Source of the DNA: Histomonas meleagridis 2922-C6/04-290x
Lineage: Eukaryota; Protista; Parabasalia
Direction: 5' to 3'
Length of the DNA stretch: 64,000 nt
Assembly: GCA_020184695.1 (NCBI GenBank)
Contig: JAANOX010000006.1
Coordinates: 1-64,000 of the forward strand
Each line of letters opens with the position of its first letter. Position 1 is the first letter of the stretch. The notes beneath the pieces are model-generated. The model worked only from the letters and a program-made list of their open reading frames with translations, was not told the DNA's origin and did not search any database. Both the position numbers and the translations under genes were made by a program. Of this stretch, positions 34,776-45,100 are shown piece after piece.

Positions 34776-35033
34776 TTTTTTCGATAGATTTTATTTATCA
34801 TTTATTATCAATAAATTTTAACCAACTTATTTTATGATTAAAGATATTTTCATTTTATTCATTTACAAACATGTTTGGTCATTAAATTACACCAAAAGTG
34901 ACATTGGATTCCATCATTCGGCCGTTTATTTTATTCAAAAAGTTGTTAGTAAACCTAATGGAACGAAGGTATAATTCTTAATTAATTTCAAACTATTTTT
35001 TAATTCAAGTATTTTCGCCAACTATCAGTTCCC

Positions 35034-38000
35034 TTAATGTATAGTGCGGCCAAAAAGGCGAAGTTCTGTGTTTCTGATTTCTTCACTAATTTTCTTGTTT
35101 TTATTTTTTAAGTTATCCAATTCAATCTCCTCAAAGTGGTCATAAGAGTACGTGATTATTTTGAAAAGTTTTTCATCGATTCCTCCATTCTTGCAATTAG
35201 GAGTATCTTTAAGATATTCTGCGGTACTAAAATCATACAAGCAATATTGTGATATATTAGCCAAAACGTTTCTAGTCTCTTTTGTTTGGAAAAAGGCATG
35301 ATAATGTTCAGGTCCGAATTTTCCTCTTAAATCGTTATAAGGAAACAAAAGAGTTTGCAAATCATATGGACCATTTTCATAATTGACAACAACTGAACAA
35401 GAAGTAAACATTGCTTTCGAAACTGCTATTGTGAAGTAATCATCATCACTAGCAAACCTAACATAATCATCAACATGTTTTCCAATATATTCTTTTCCTT
35501 TGATTATTAATTTGGTGCCTTCTTTAATTGTATCAATGAATTTCTCTTTCATAAACTTTTGTCTTTCTAATGATTGTTTAGCCCAAACATCTTGATACCT
35601 CTTTTCTTCTGCCTTCAATGCTTCTTTGTTTGCTTTCCAATGTTCATTTACATTTTCATATATCTTTTTGACAATTTCATTGTGAATTTTTCCATACCTT
35701 GCAAGCTGACTCATAAAAGTACCATCATCTTCTGACATAATTTTATTTGTATATTTTTCATGGAATTTCAGTACTAAATTAAGTAAATCGATGTGTGTCT
35801 TATCTATGATATTATATAATACTTGATAATGTGGTTCAAAGACTTTATCATCCTTATAAAAGGTAATAAAAGATTTCATTTGTTCCAAAACTTTTCGATA
35901 TACTTTACAAAATCTAAGTAATTCTGTCCAATGATATTTCTTCAAATTAAACATTTCGGTAATTATTGTTTGGAATGGAGTTATATCTTTAGAATTAAAA
36001 ACAAGTTCTTCAAATCTATGTTCAATACTTCTATCAATACCATCTAAAGTTGGTGGCTTTCTTTTAGGTAATTGATTGAATTGCTCTTGGAAATTATCAA
36101 TAGCTTCTGAAAATCGTTTGATATATAATGGAGAAATTTTACAAAAGAAATTATATATATTCATTGAATAAAAATCAAATTGATGATTAGAATATAAAAC
36201 TCTAAAATCAGATTTATCATAAAGTAAATAAACTATATCTAAATTATTAGAAAATGATCTTTCTGCTTGTTTTTGTCCAAATGTTGACATTGCTTCGCTA
36301 AGATATGACTTCTTAAGTGTTACTAATCGTTCGGACATTTGGCTTGATGGAAACAATAATAAATATGGATTTAAATATGCTGGATGTATAAATCCATTAA
36401 TATTTCTTTGAATTTCTATTTTAAGATCAATTAAATTCATTAAACATTCTGCAAATTTACCCGCATTTTTCAGATAATAATCCATTGTTTTAGTTTCTTG
36501 TGGATAACTTCTTCTAAGTCTTGCATCAGGTTCAAGATAATAATCACATTCAAACATTGGTTCAATAATCATTTGTCTAAGAGGATCATTTTCAGAATAT
36601 ATATAAGTTGTTGGTGTCATTTCACTATATGGAATTCTTCCGATTTTTTCATATGAATTTTTGATTATTTTAACACATCTATTTCGGATTTTTTCATCAA
36701 ATGAATAATTACGCCACAAACCTGGAATCATTTTTAGTGCAATTAATGGATTCGTTTCAAGACAAGATTCTGCTTCTTCAAGTATTTTATATTGATTATC
36801 ATTAGCTTTTATTGTCTCATTTTCTTTTGCGAAGTTTATAAATTCATCTAATATATCAACTCCTCCATCTAAAACAATATTAAGTAATGATACATTTGAT
36901 ATATAATATGAGATTAGATTTGATACTAATTGCACTTGATTAAACTTCTTGAAATATTCAGTAGAAGCAAAAGTAGGTTTCGGTGGTGAATTTATTATTG
37001 AAATTAACATTTTTGCTTTGTTTAATTCTTTTGTTAATTTTGGTTTAATTCCAGTTTTAATTTCATTTTTAACACTTTCAAAGAATTTTTGTATTTCGTT
37101 ATAATATTTCTGATATTCAGGTTCACTTTTAGTTATTGCTATAACTCCATTAATTAATGATAAGAGTTTGAAATAATTCATTTCAGGGAGTTTCGAATCT
37201 GTTTTCATTGTTTGATAAAATTCTTTGACTTCGCTTATTGATCTTTCGATGTCTTCTTTATATGAACTATCTGATTTAGCTTTTGGAAATGCAATTTCTA
37301 CTTCATTCCCTTTTGGTTTTGTAATTGAATTAAGTTTTTGTCTTAATTCTTTTGCTTCATCTTTAAGAAATACATCAACAATTTCAACAATTTCTTTACA
37401 TCCATTATAATATTCAATTTCACTTGAAGCTCTTGGTAAATAATTATCAAATTCTTTCTTCAAATCAGGATAATGCATGGATTTATACTTTTTGATGATC
37501 ATGCTGAAATCATTTTCGTTTCTAGTAAAGTTATTTGAATTAAAATCACCTGTTGCATATGCATATTGAAGTATTTCATCTTTTGTCTTTAAATACTTTT
37601 GATATTGTGCATTCCGTATTTGTTTACCACGTATCAATGCATTATAAGCTGTTGTTCTTGGGGAATAAAGTTTCTCCCTATAATTGTCTTGAAGTCTCCT
37701 TATTTCAGGTAACCCTTCCAAACTATTATAATTATATTGATAAAGCAATGGATGTGATAGCTCGCAATCTTCTATAATGTTTAATAAATAATTTTCCTTT
37801 TCTTCATTTGATAATTCATTTGAGGAATTAGTATTCATGTTTACATTTGGAGTTGGTGTAGAGCTTGTTGTTGTTGTTGTTGGAACTCTGTTAGTAGGAG
37901 TTGGTGGTGCTTGTTGATAATGACTTACGGTTGTTTCTTTGGAAAGAGAATTGGTAAATGTTACTTTGGAATGAAGAACTTTTTCATTAAATTCAACTGC

Positions 38001-39752
38001 AATCTTTTGGTATTCAAGAACTTCTCGTAGTTTTTCTGCTGGATAATAAGTTAAATCATCGAATTTATCATTTTGCTGCAATAATATAGGAAGCTGGGTT
38101 TTAATTTGTTGCAATGTAGGTGGGTCAATTTCAGTATGTTCCGGATCCGCAATAACCTCTTCCATGATTTCTTTATTTCGTGAAACAATTGACATTTTTG
38201 TTGAAAATGAAGAAAGCTTTTTATATCTTGGCAATGCTTCTGCAATTTGCACACGGTTTTCATATATCTTTTTAACTGTATTAAAATCTTCGTTGTTAAC
38301 TTGCGTTGCATCTAAAAGTTCTGGGTGTGAAAAGAGATCAACGTTTGAAAGTTGTTCTTCTATATTTGCAATTTCATATCCAAATTTATCTATATCTGTA
38401 TTTACTATATATCTTAATATTGTTGATCTTCGAATTGTATTAAAAGCAACTGTAATTTGTTGTTTTGTAACTGATGGTATTTGTTTGGATGAAGCATTCG
38501 TTTGTGATTTTTGAACAGGTGGTGGTTTACTAACAACATTTTTTGAAGCTTCAGGTGATGGTGGTGGAGGTGGAGGAAGAACAAGTGTTTCTTTGCGATT
38601 AAGAACTTTATCATTAAATTCAACTGCAATCTTTTGATATGCAAGAACTTCTTTCAATTTTTCTGATGGATAATATGTTAAATCATCAAATTTATCATTT
38701 TGCTGCAACAATATAGGAAGCTGGGTTTTAATTTGTTGCAATGTAGGTGAATCAATTTGAGTATATACAGGATCTGCTATAGCCTTTTCCATGATTTCTT
38801 TATTCCGTGAAATAATTGACATTTTTGTTGAAAATGAAGAAAGCTTTTTATATCTTGGCAATGCTTCTGCAATTTGCACACGGTTTTCATATATCTTTTT
38901 AACTGTATTAAAATCTTCGTTGTTAACTTGCGTTGCATCTAAAAGTTCTGGGTGTGAAAAGAGATCAACGTTTGAAAGTTGCTTTTCAATATTTGAAATT
39001 TCCTGTTTGAACCTTGCTTCATCTGCATTAATTATTGTTCTTAATATTGCTGATCTTTGAATTGCATTAAATACACTTGTAATTTTTGATTTTGCAATTG
39101 GTGGTTCTTGTTTAGGTGAAGCATTTGTTTGTGGTTGCTGAACAGGTGGTGGTTTACTAACAACATTTTTTGGTACTTCTTTAACTGGAGCTTCCTTTTT
39201 GGGAGGACTGGTAGTTGTTTCTTTGCGATTAAGAACTTTATCATTAAATTCAACTGCAATCTTTTGACATTTAAGAACTTCTCGCAATTTTTCTGCTGGA
39301 TAATATGTTAAATCATCAAATTTATCATTTTGTTGTAACAATATCGGAAGTTGTGTTTTAATTTGTTGCAACGTTGATGGACTGATTTTAACGTTTTCAG
39401 GGTCTGCTATGGTTTTTTCCATTATCTCTTTGTTTTTTGAAACAATTGATATTTTGGTTGAAAATGAAGAAAGCTTTTTATATCTTGGTAATGCTTCTAT
39501 AATTTGTGTACGATTTTCATATATATTTTTAACTGCATTAAAATCATCACTGTTAGTTTGTGTTGCATCTAAAAGTTCTGGGTGTGAAAAGAGATCAACA
39601 ATTGCAAGTTGTTTTTCAATATTTGAGATTTCTTGTTTGAATCTTGCTTCATCTGCATTAGTTATTGTTCTCAATATTGTCGATCTTCGAATTATATTAA
39701 ATACACTTGTAATTTTTGCCTTTGTAACTGGTGGTTCTTGTTTTGGAGGCAT
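35034..39752 (-). CDS. Uncharacterised 1572-aa protein with three ~210-aa N-terminal repeats and Pro-rich linkers
   Basis: Intact long ORF; repeated module KITSVFN.IRRS.ILR...DLFSHPELLDATQ...EALPRYKKLSSFSTK...QIKTQLPILLQQNDKFDDLTYYP.EKL. Confidence 0.85.
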   Translation of the reverse strand: MPPKQEPPVTKAKITSVFNIIRRSTILRTITNADEARFKQEISNIEKQLAIVDLFSHPELLDATQTNSDDFNAVKNIYENRTQIIEALPRYKKLSSFSTKISIVSKNKEIMEKTIADPENVKISPSTLQQIKTQLPILLQQNDKFDDLTYYPAEKLREVLKCQKIAVEFNDKVLNRKETTTSPPKKEAPVKEVPKNVVSKPPPVQQPQTNASPKQEPPIAKSKITSVFNAIQRSAILRTIINADEARFKQEISNIEKQLSNVDLFSHPELLDATQVNNEDFNTVKKIYENRVQIAEALPRYKKLSSFSTKMSIISRNKEIMEKAIADPVYTQIDSPTLQQIKTQLPILLQQNDKFDDLTYYPSEKLKEVLAYQKIAVEFNDKVLNRKETLVLPPPPPPSPEASKNVVSKPPPVQKSQTNASSKQIPSVTKQQITVAFNTIRRSTILRYIVNTDIDKFGYEIANIEEQLSNVDLFSHPELLDATQVNNEDFNTVKKIYENRVQIAEALPRYKKLSSFSTKMSIVSRNKEIMEEVIADPEHTEIDPPTLQQIKTQLPILLQQNDKFDDLTYYPAEKLREVLEYQKIAVEFNEKVLHSKVTFTNSLSKETTVSHYQQAPPTPTNRVPTTTTTSSTPTPNVNMNTNSSNELSNEEKENYLLNIIEDCELSHPLLYQYNYNSLEGLPEIRRLQDNYREKLYSPRTTAYNALIRGKQIRNAQYQKYLKTKDEILQYAYATGDFNSNNFTRNENDFSMIIKKYKSMHYPDLKKEFDNYLPRASSEIEYYNGCKEIVEIVDVFLKDEAKELRQKLNSITKPKGNEVEIAFPKAKSDSSYKEDIERSISEVKEFYQTMKTDSKLPEMNYFKLLSLINGVIAITKSEPEYQKYYNEIQKFFESVKNEIKTGIKPKLTKELNKAKMLISIINSPPKPTFASTEYFKKFNQVQLVSNLISYYISNVSLLNIVLDGGVDILDEFINFAKENETIKANDNQYKILEEAESCLETNPLIALKMIPGLWRNYSFDEKIRNRCVKIIKNSYEKIGRIPYSEMTPTTYIYSENDPLRQMIIEPMFECDYYLEPDARLRRSYPQETKTMDYYLKNAGKFAECLMNLIDLKIEIQRNINGFIHPAYLNPYLLLFPSSQMSERLVTLKKSYLSEAMSTFGQKQAERSFSNNLDIVYLLYDKSDFRVLYSNHQFDFYSMNIYNFFCKISPLYIKRFSEAIDNFQEQFNQLPKRKPPTLDGIDRSIEHRFEELVFNSKDITPFQTIITEMFNLKKYHWTELLRFCKVYRKVLEQMKSFITFYKDDKVFEPHYQVLYNIIDKTHIDLLNLVLKFHEKYTNKIMSEDDGTFMSQLARYGKIHNEIVKKIYENVNEHWKANKEALKAEEKRYQDVWAKQSLERQKFMKEKFIDTIKEGTKLIIKGKEYIGKHVDDYVRFASDDDYFTIAVSKAMFTSCSVVVNYENGPYDLQTLLFPYNDLRGKFGPEHYHAFFQTKETRNVLANISQYCLYDFSTAEYLKDTPNCKNGGIDEKLFKIITYSYDHFEEIELDNLKNKNKKISEEIRNTELRLFGRTIH
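37975..39750 (-). repeat. Three tandem coding repeats, period 630 and 627 bp
   Basis: ATTTGTTGCAA anchor at 39361, 38731 and 38104; array ends approximate. Confidence 0.92.
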
Positions 39753-40820
39753 TTTTAAAGTGAAGCGATGAATCCTTGAGGTTCTGGTTAAACTTTTTGA
39801 TAGACATTTCTGTTAAAGGTGATCACCTCACATAAATTGAAATATTATTGAAATTCCAATGGTGGTTGTAGTAACGTCTTCTGAAATATCTTTTTTCATA
39901 ACCGTTGAAAATTTTATACGGATTCAAAATCAATTTAATGGTTTGCTTTTCCAAAGAAATTTTTTGTGAAGCAGCCAGAAAACTATCAAGTTAAGATTAG
40001 ATTTCATTTTATTATGAATTAGACCAGAACGGGTCCTATCCTCTGGACGGTCGTTACCCTTATGAATGGTCATGATAAAAAATCAAATATTTTTTCTCAG
40101 GCCTATGCTTAAAATCGTTAATTGATTTCTTGTGGCTTTTATATGTTAATGTTCCTCATTTTATGAAGTTTATTTGGCTAAAAGGATTTTTTGTTGGTTT
40201 TGATGATTAGTTATTCTTCGAAGTTGTACTGCTTTTAAATATAATTTAATCAGACCAATTTCTTCATTACTTATCTCTTCGATTTCATCTACTGAAATTT
40301 GAAGAAATTTATATTAATTCATTGTTAAACATAAATATCTCGATTAAAAATTGGTTTTAAAATAGAAAGGAGATATAAAATCAAAACATATCATATATCG
40401 ATAACCAGTATAATCTTTAAAATTTAAGACATTTAGAATGGGATCAGTTCGATTCAGAATTATTCATATGAAATTTTTTAACAAACAAAAATCCATAATT
40501 TAATAAAATGTATTCTTTCATATAGCTGTAGAGCCTGTGTCATGAAATGTGATCACTTTTATTGTATTAAACATCCATCTTAACAATCAATTAAATTTGA
40601 TTGCTTTTTATGTTATTATAAAAGCTAGGACGAAAGTAAAAAACGAGTATACTACTTTACCTTGATTTTTAATCTGATTTATGATTTGTCTATGCTCGTT
40701 ACCTACATTTTACATTGACCTATCCCTTCCGAAATGAAGTTAACCAAGTATTTTTGATATTCCAGATCGAAATATAGATATTGCAATGATAATTTTTCCC
40801 AAATATTTCCGGTTTTTTCG

Positions 40821-40836
40821 GTTTGGTCCATCCTTT
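40821..40836 (+). promoter_or_regulatory. RP-gene promoter: GTTTGG-N5-CCTTT
   Basis: TTCG GTTTGG TCCAT CCTTT CGAG ATG. Confidence 0.7.
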
Positions 40837-40840
40837 CGAG

Positions 40841-41104
40841 ATGTCTAGCACAGAAAAACAAGTAGCAACAAAAGGAAAGAAGGGATCAAGTGGAAAGCGT
40901 TCTAGGTTTGTACGCGAAGTTATTCACGAACTTTCTGGCTGGTCACCATACGAACGTCGTGCTATGGATCTTATCAAATTAGAAAAAAGGAAATCAGCTC
41001 GTACATTCCTTAAGAAACGCCTTGGTACACACAAACGTGCCATGCACAAGCTCACATACCTTGAAAATGTTATACAGGAAGAAAATATGCAACATCATCA
41101 TTAA
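40841..41104 (+). CDS. RPL36: 60S ribosomal protein L36 (eL36)
   Basis: RSRFVREVIHELSGWSPYERRAMDLIK...RTFLKKRLGTHKRAMHK; start at ATG 40841. Confidence 0.92.
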   Translation: MSSTEKQVATKGKKGSSGKRSRFVREVIHELSGWSPYERRAMDLIKLEKRKSARTFLKKRLGTHKRAMHKLTYLENVIQEENMQHHH

Positions 41105-41278
41105 ATAACAGAGGAGTTTTTGTCATACGTTTTTTTGGCCTTACAAAACAAATGATATTTTTTAATTTTTTTGGCACTGAGAGTAATATTTCTTGCAGAT
41201 TCTATACTTGTGACACTATTTTTGAATTCAATGAAAAATGATCGGAATCAATTGAATTTTGATTGTTTTGTAATTTTA

Positions 41279-42133
41279 ATGAAAACAATTTCTTCAGAAG
41301 AATCAGAAGAACAATATCAAAAAATATTTGAGATAGGAGGTGGAACATATGGGTCTGTTTTTAAGATGTACTCAACAAAAGAAAAAAAAATAATTGCAAT
41401 GAAAATTATTTCAAATGTTAAAGATCTTTCTAAACCTATAAGAGAAGCAGAATCTCTTCAAGAACTTAAGCACCCAAATATCGTAAAATTTTACGATGCA
41501 TTTTTTGTGAATGAAGATTTCTGGATTGCTACAGAATATTGTGCAGGAGGCAGTATTAATGCACTAAAATCAAAAATGACAGAAAAAATATTGTTGTGTA
41601 TAATACGAGATGTACTTAATGCATTATCATTTATTCATCGTCAAAATAAAATTCATTTCGATGTAAAACCGCCAAATATTCTTTTTTCTTCAATTGGCGA
41701 ATTTAAACTTGCTGATTTTGGTTTAACAAAAGATCTATGTACATTAACAAAAAAAACTCAATTCTCAAAAAAAGGATCAGAATTATATATGTCTCCTGAA
41801 ATGTTACAAAATAACTCAAATGTTTCGTCAGCTGTTGATATTTGGGCACTTGGTATCTCGGCTTTTGAAATGATGGTCGGTATTCCTCTTACGCTCACAG
41901 GGAAAAAAACGTTTCAAGAATGGGAGTCAAAAAATCTTGATCATGTTTTTCCAGGAGACAATAAACCGATGAGCTTGTCACTGAAAAATATATTTTGTAA
42001 GATGCTTATTGCTGATCCAAATAAACGTGCAACAGCAGATCAACTTTTAGAAGAAAAATGTCTCAAAAACTTACCAGAGTCATGGCTTGTTTGTGGGAAT
42101 ATAATTTGTAAACCACAATCTGTATGGGATTAA
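41279..42133 (+). CDS. STE-group Ser/Thr protein kinase
   Basis: IGGGTYGSV, IIAMK, HPNIVKFYD, TEYCAGGS, HFDVKPPNIL, LADFG, YMSPE, VDIWALG; start uncertain. Confidence 0.9.
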   Translation: MKTISSEESEEQYQKIFEIGGGTYGSVFKMYSTKEKKIIAMKIISNVKDLSKPIREAESLQELKHPNIVKFYDAFFVNEDFWIATEYCAGGSINALKSKMTEKILLCIIRDVLNALSFIHRQNKIHFDVKPPNILFSSIGEFKLADFGLTKDLCTLTKKTQFSKKGSELYMSPEMLQNNSNVSSAVDIWALGISAFEMMVGIPLTLTGKKTFQEWESKNLDHVFPGDNKPMSLSLKNIFCKMLIADPNKRATADQLLEEKCLKNLPESWLVCGNIICKPQSVWD

Positions 42134-42185
42134 TAAATTTTACTTGTATGCAAATGTTAACGTTCTTGGGGTATCCCCAATTCTC

Positions 42186-45100
42186 ATGCAAACTGAGCTG
42201 GAAAAGCTCAAGAAAATTATAAATCAAAAAAATTTAAAATTTTCTGAATCTGTTCTATTTGATCATCTTTTAAATCTCAATTCATGTATAGAAAAAGAAG
42301 AAATTACAGATCAAATAATCTCGCAAGCTGAACCAATTTTTTCAGATTTATTGCTATTAAACAATGGAAAGATTAGTACGCAATGTACTCTTTCAATTTC
42401 TGATACCTTATTACAAATATATAGAAAACAAAAAAATCCTAAATTATGGATAATAACTAATCTTGCAATAAATAATCCAAATCCTTCTACAATTCTTGCT
42501 GCAGGTTATTTGTTTCGACACTTAGGATCAACTAATAAATCACAGCTTCCTAGGTTTATTGAATTTTTATTAGATAAAGGAAATCATTTTCTTTTTTCAA
42601 CAATATATTCTTTTTATTCCTGTCTTAAATCAGTCGGATCTTCTTTGTCTCAATTTACGTCCCAAATTTATGAGTTTACTCATAAACATATTCAAAATGC
42701 ATCACAACATGTTGTTTTTATTTCCCTTAAATTGCTAAAAACTCTTTTATTTAATTCAGTTCCGGTAAATCAGATTCTTGAAACGGCTAATATTTGTTTA
42801 TCAAAAAATCATAATAATTTATTTGTTATAAATAGAGTTTCTAATCTTGTTTCCTGGTGTGCCTATCAACCATTGATTCCATATATTAATCAAACCACGC
42901 AAAATAAAGATGAATGGACACTTGAAAGCAAATCACCAAATTTAGATTTCACCAATTCTTTTGCAACAATATTAACTTTTCCACAAATTATCACTGAAGT
43001 TTTAGATTCTTTTCTTAATTTACTTGGACCTGAGATAATTTCTATTCATCATTTATCAATATTTAAATTCATTCGAACAAATATTCCAAATTCACTTAAT
43101 TTGTTAATACCTTTTTTACCCGGCGATTCACGTTTTACATATTTTTATGACATAATAAAAGAACCAATTTCATCAGAGCAATTAAAAGTTTTATTTTCTT
43201 TAAGTCCTGATGATCGATGTATTAAAGAAACAATAAAAATTGCAATGAAACTTTCATGTTCGAGCAATAAAAATGATAAAACAGAAATAAAAACATTTTT
43301 CTCAACGTTATCACAAAATCATCCATTTTTAGTTGAGCCTTATATAAAAGAACTTTTTTCATGTTTAATCAAAAAGAATGTTACTGAAAATGAGATAAAA
43401 GGTTATACATCAATTATTTGTTCTATTTTAAGTAATTTAAAGGATAAAGAAAATATATTAAATAAAAATAAAACATTAATAATAAAAATAATAAAAGAAT
43501 TTATTAAAAACACAAATTCATTAAATTTTTTATGTATGTTTAAAATATTAAAGGAATTAACAAAACAATTTACTTCATTAAAAATAGTAACAAATTCAAT
43601 TGATTTAGTTATAAACAATAAAAATATTAATAATATTAAATTATTAAAAACATTTTTATCATTTCGTTCTAAATTCATTAAAACTAATCAAACATTAAAC
43701 TTATTAAAAATTATTATTAATTTAAATGCAAATTTACCAATTTCAATTTTAATTAGTTTCACAAAAATTATTCCGAAAATTCCAAAAGATAATTCGATTT
43801 CATATAAAGCGACTTTATTAATTTTAAATAAAGCATTCGAAATTAAGCAATCCAAAGAATTAGTGAAATCATTTATTAAATTCCCAATACCTGTAACAAA
43901 TGAATTACTTGAAAAGAAAAATGAATTTACTAAAAACGACAAATTCTTAGACATTGTAATACGAAAAATTCCAATTTTAATTAATAATTGTATAGAAAAT
44001 GAACAAAATCTTTTAATTAATCATATTTTAAACACTAAAATTAATGCTATCAGTTTATTAATCATAGCTTCAATGTGTGAATCTAAATTAACACGATATA
44101 AATTACCTATAAATCTTCATAAATATTTGTTAACTTTATTACCTAAGAAAACTTCATTTTATCAAATTATTAGTGAAAGTATTTCATTGTTTTGTCGTTA
44201 TCATATTGAATCACTTCCATATGTTTTTGATTATATCGAAAAGAATCCAACAATTTCAAGTTGTATATTATTGTCTTCGATTTTAGGTCATATTAATTTA
44301 ACTTCACAATTGTTATCAAGATCGATTAACATATTAAATTCATTAATTATTAATCCTAAAATTATACCAATGATATTTCATACGTTTTCAACACTTTTAA
44401 TTACACATTCCATACAATTTTCATCATTAAAGAATTCAAGTGATTTGTTCCAAAATTTATTTAATGTAATAAATAATGAAATATCATTACAACCAGTTGT
44501 ATTATATATATTTAGTAAATGTTTTTGTAATTTAATCGAAATATTTTCAAGTGATTTATCATTAAATAACTCAATGATATCAAAATATGTAATAAAAATC
44601 ATTCAATTAATAAAATTTACTCCAAATGATTTCCATAAAGAAATTTATTGTCAAGTTTGTCGATCAATTTATTTATTTGCTTATAAATTAACTCCATATA
44701 TAAATATAACATTTCCTAATTCTAAAGGAACTTCTTTTTTATTACAACTTTATTCATGTCAAACATTAACAGATATATTAAAATTCCAAACATTAAAATT
44801 TAATCTTAATGAATTAATACAGACATTATTATTTTTATTACAAAAAACTAATGACTTAAGAGCTTATAATTTTATTATAACAATTGGTTCAATTATGACT
44901 GAAAATGATTTAACTTTTTGGGTTTCTACTATAAAACGTATTTTAGTAACTTCTTCATTATTAAATACTACAACATTATCAATTGAGCCAACACAAATAG
45001 TAAAGAAATGTTGTATTAATGTCTCAATATATGCAATTAATCAAATTTCTAACTTGAAAGTATTAAAAACAGAGTTTCTTGATGATATTGTTACATCATT

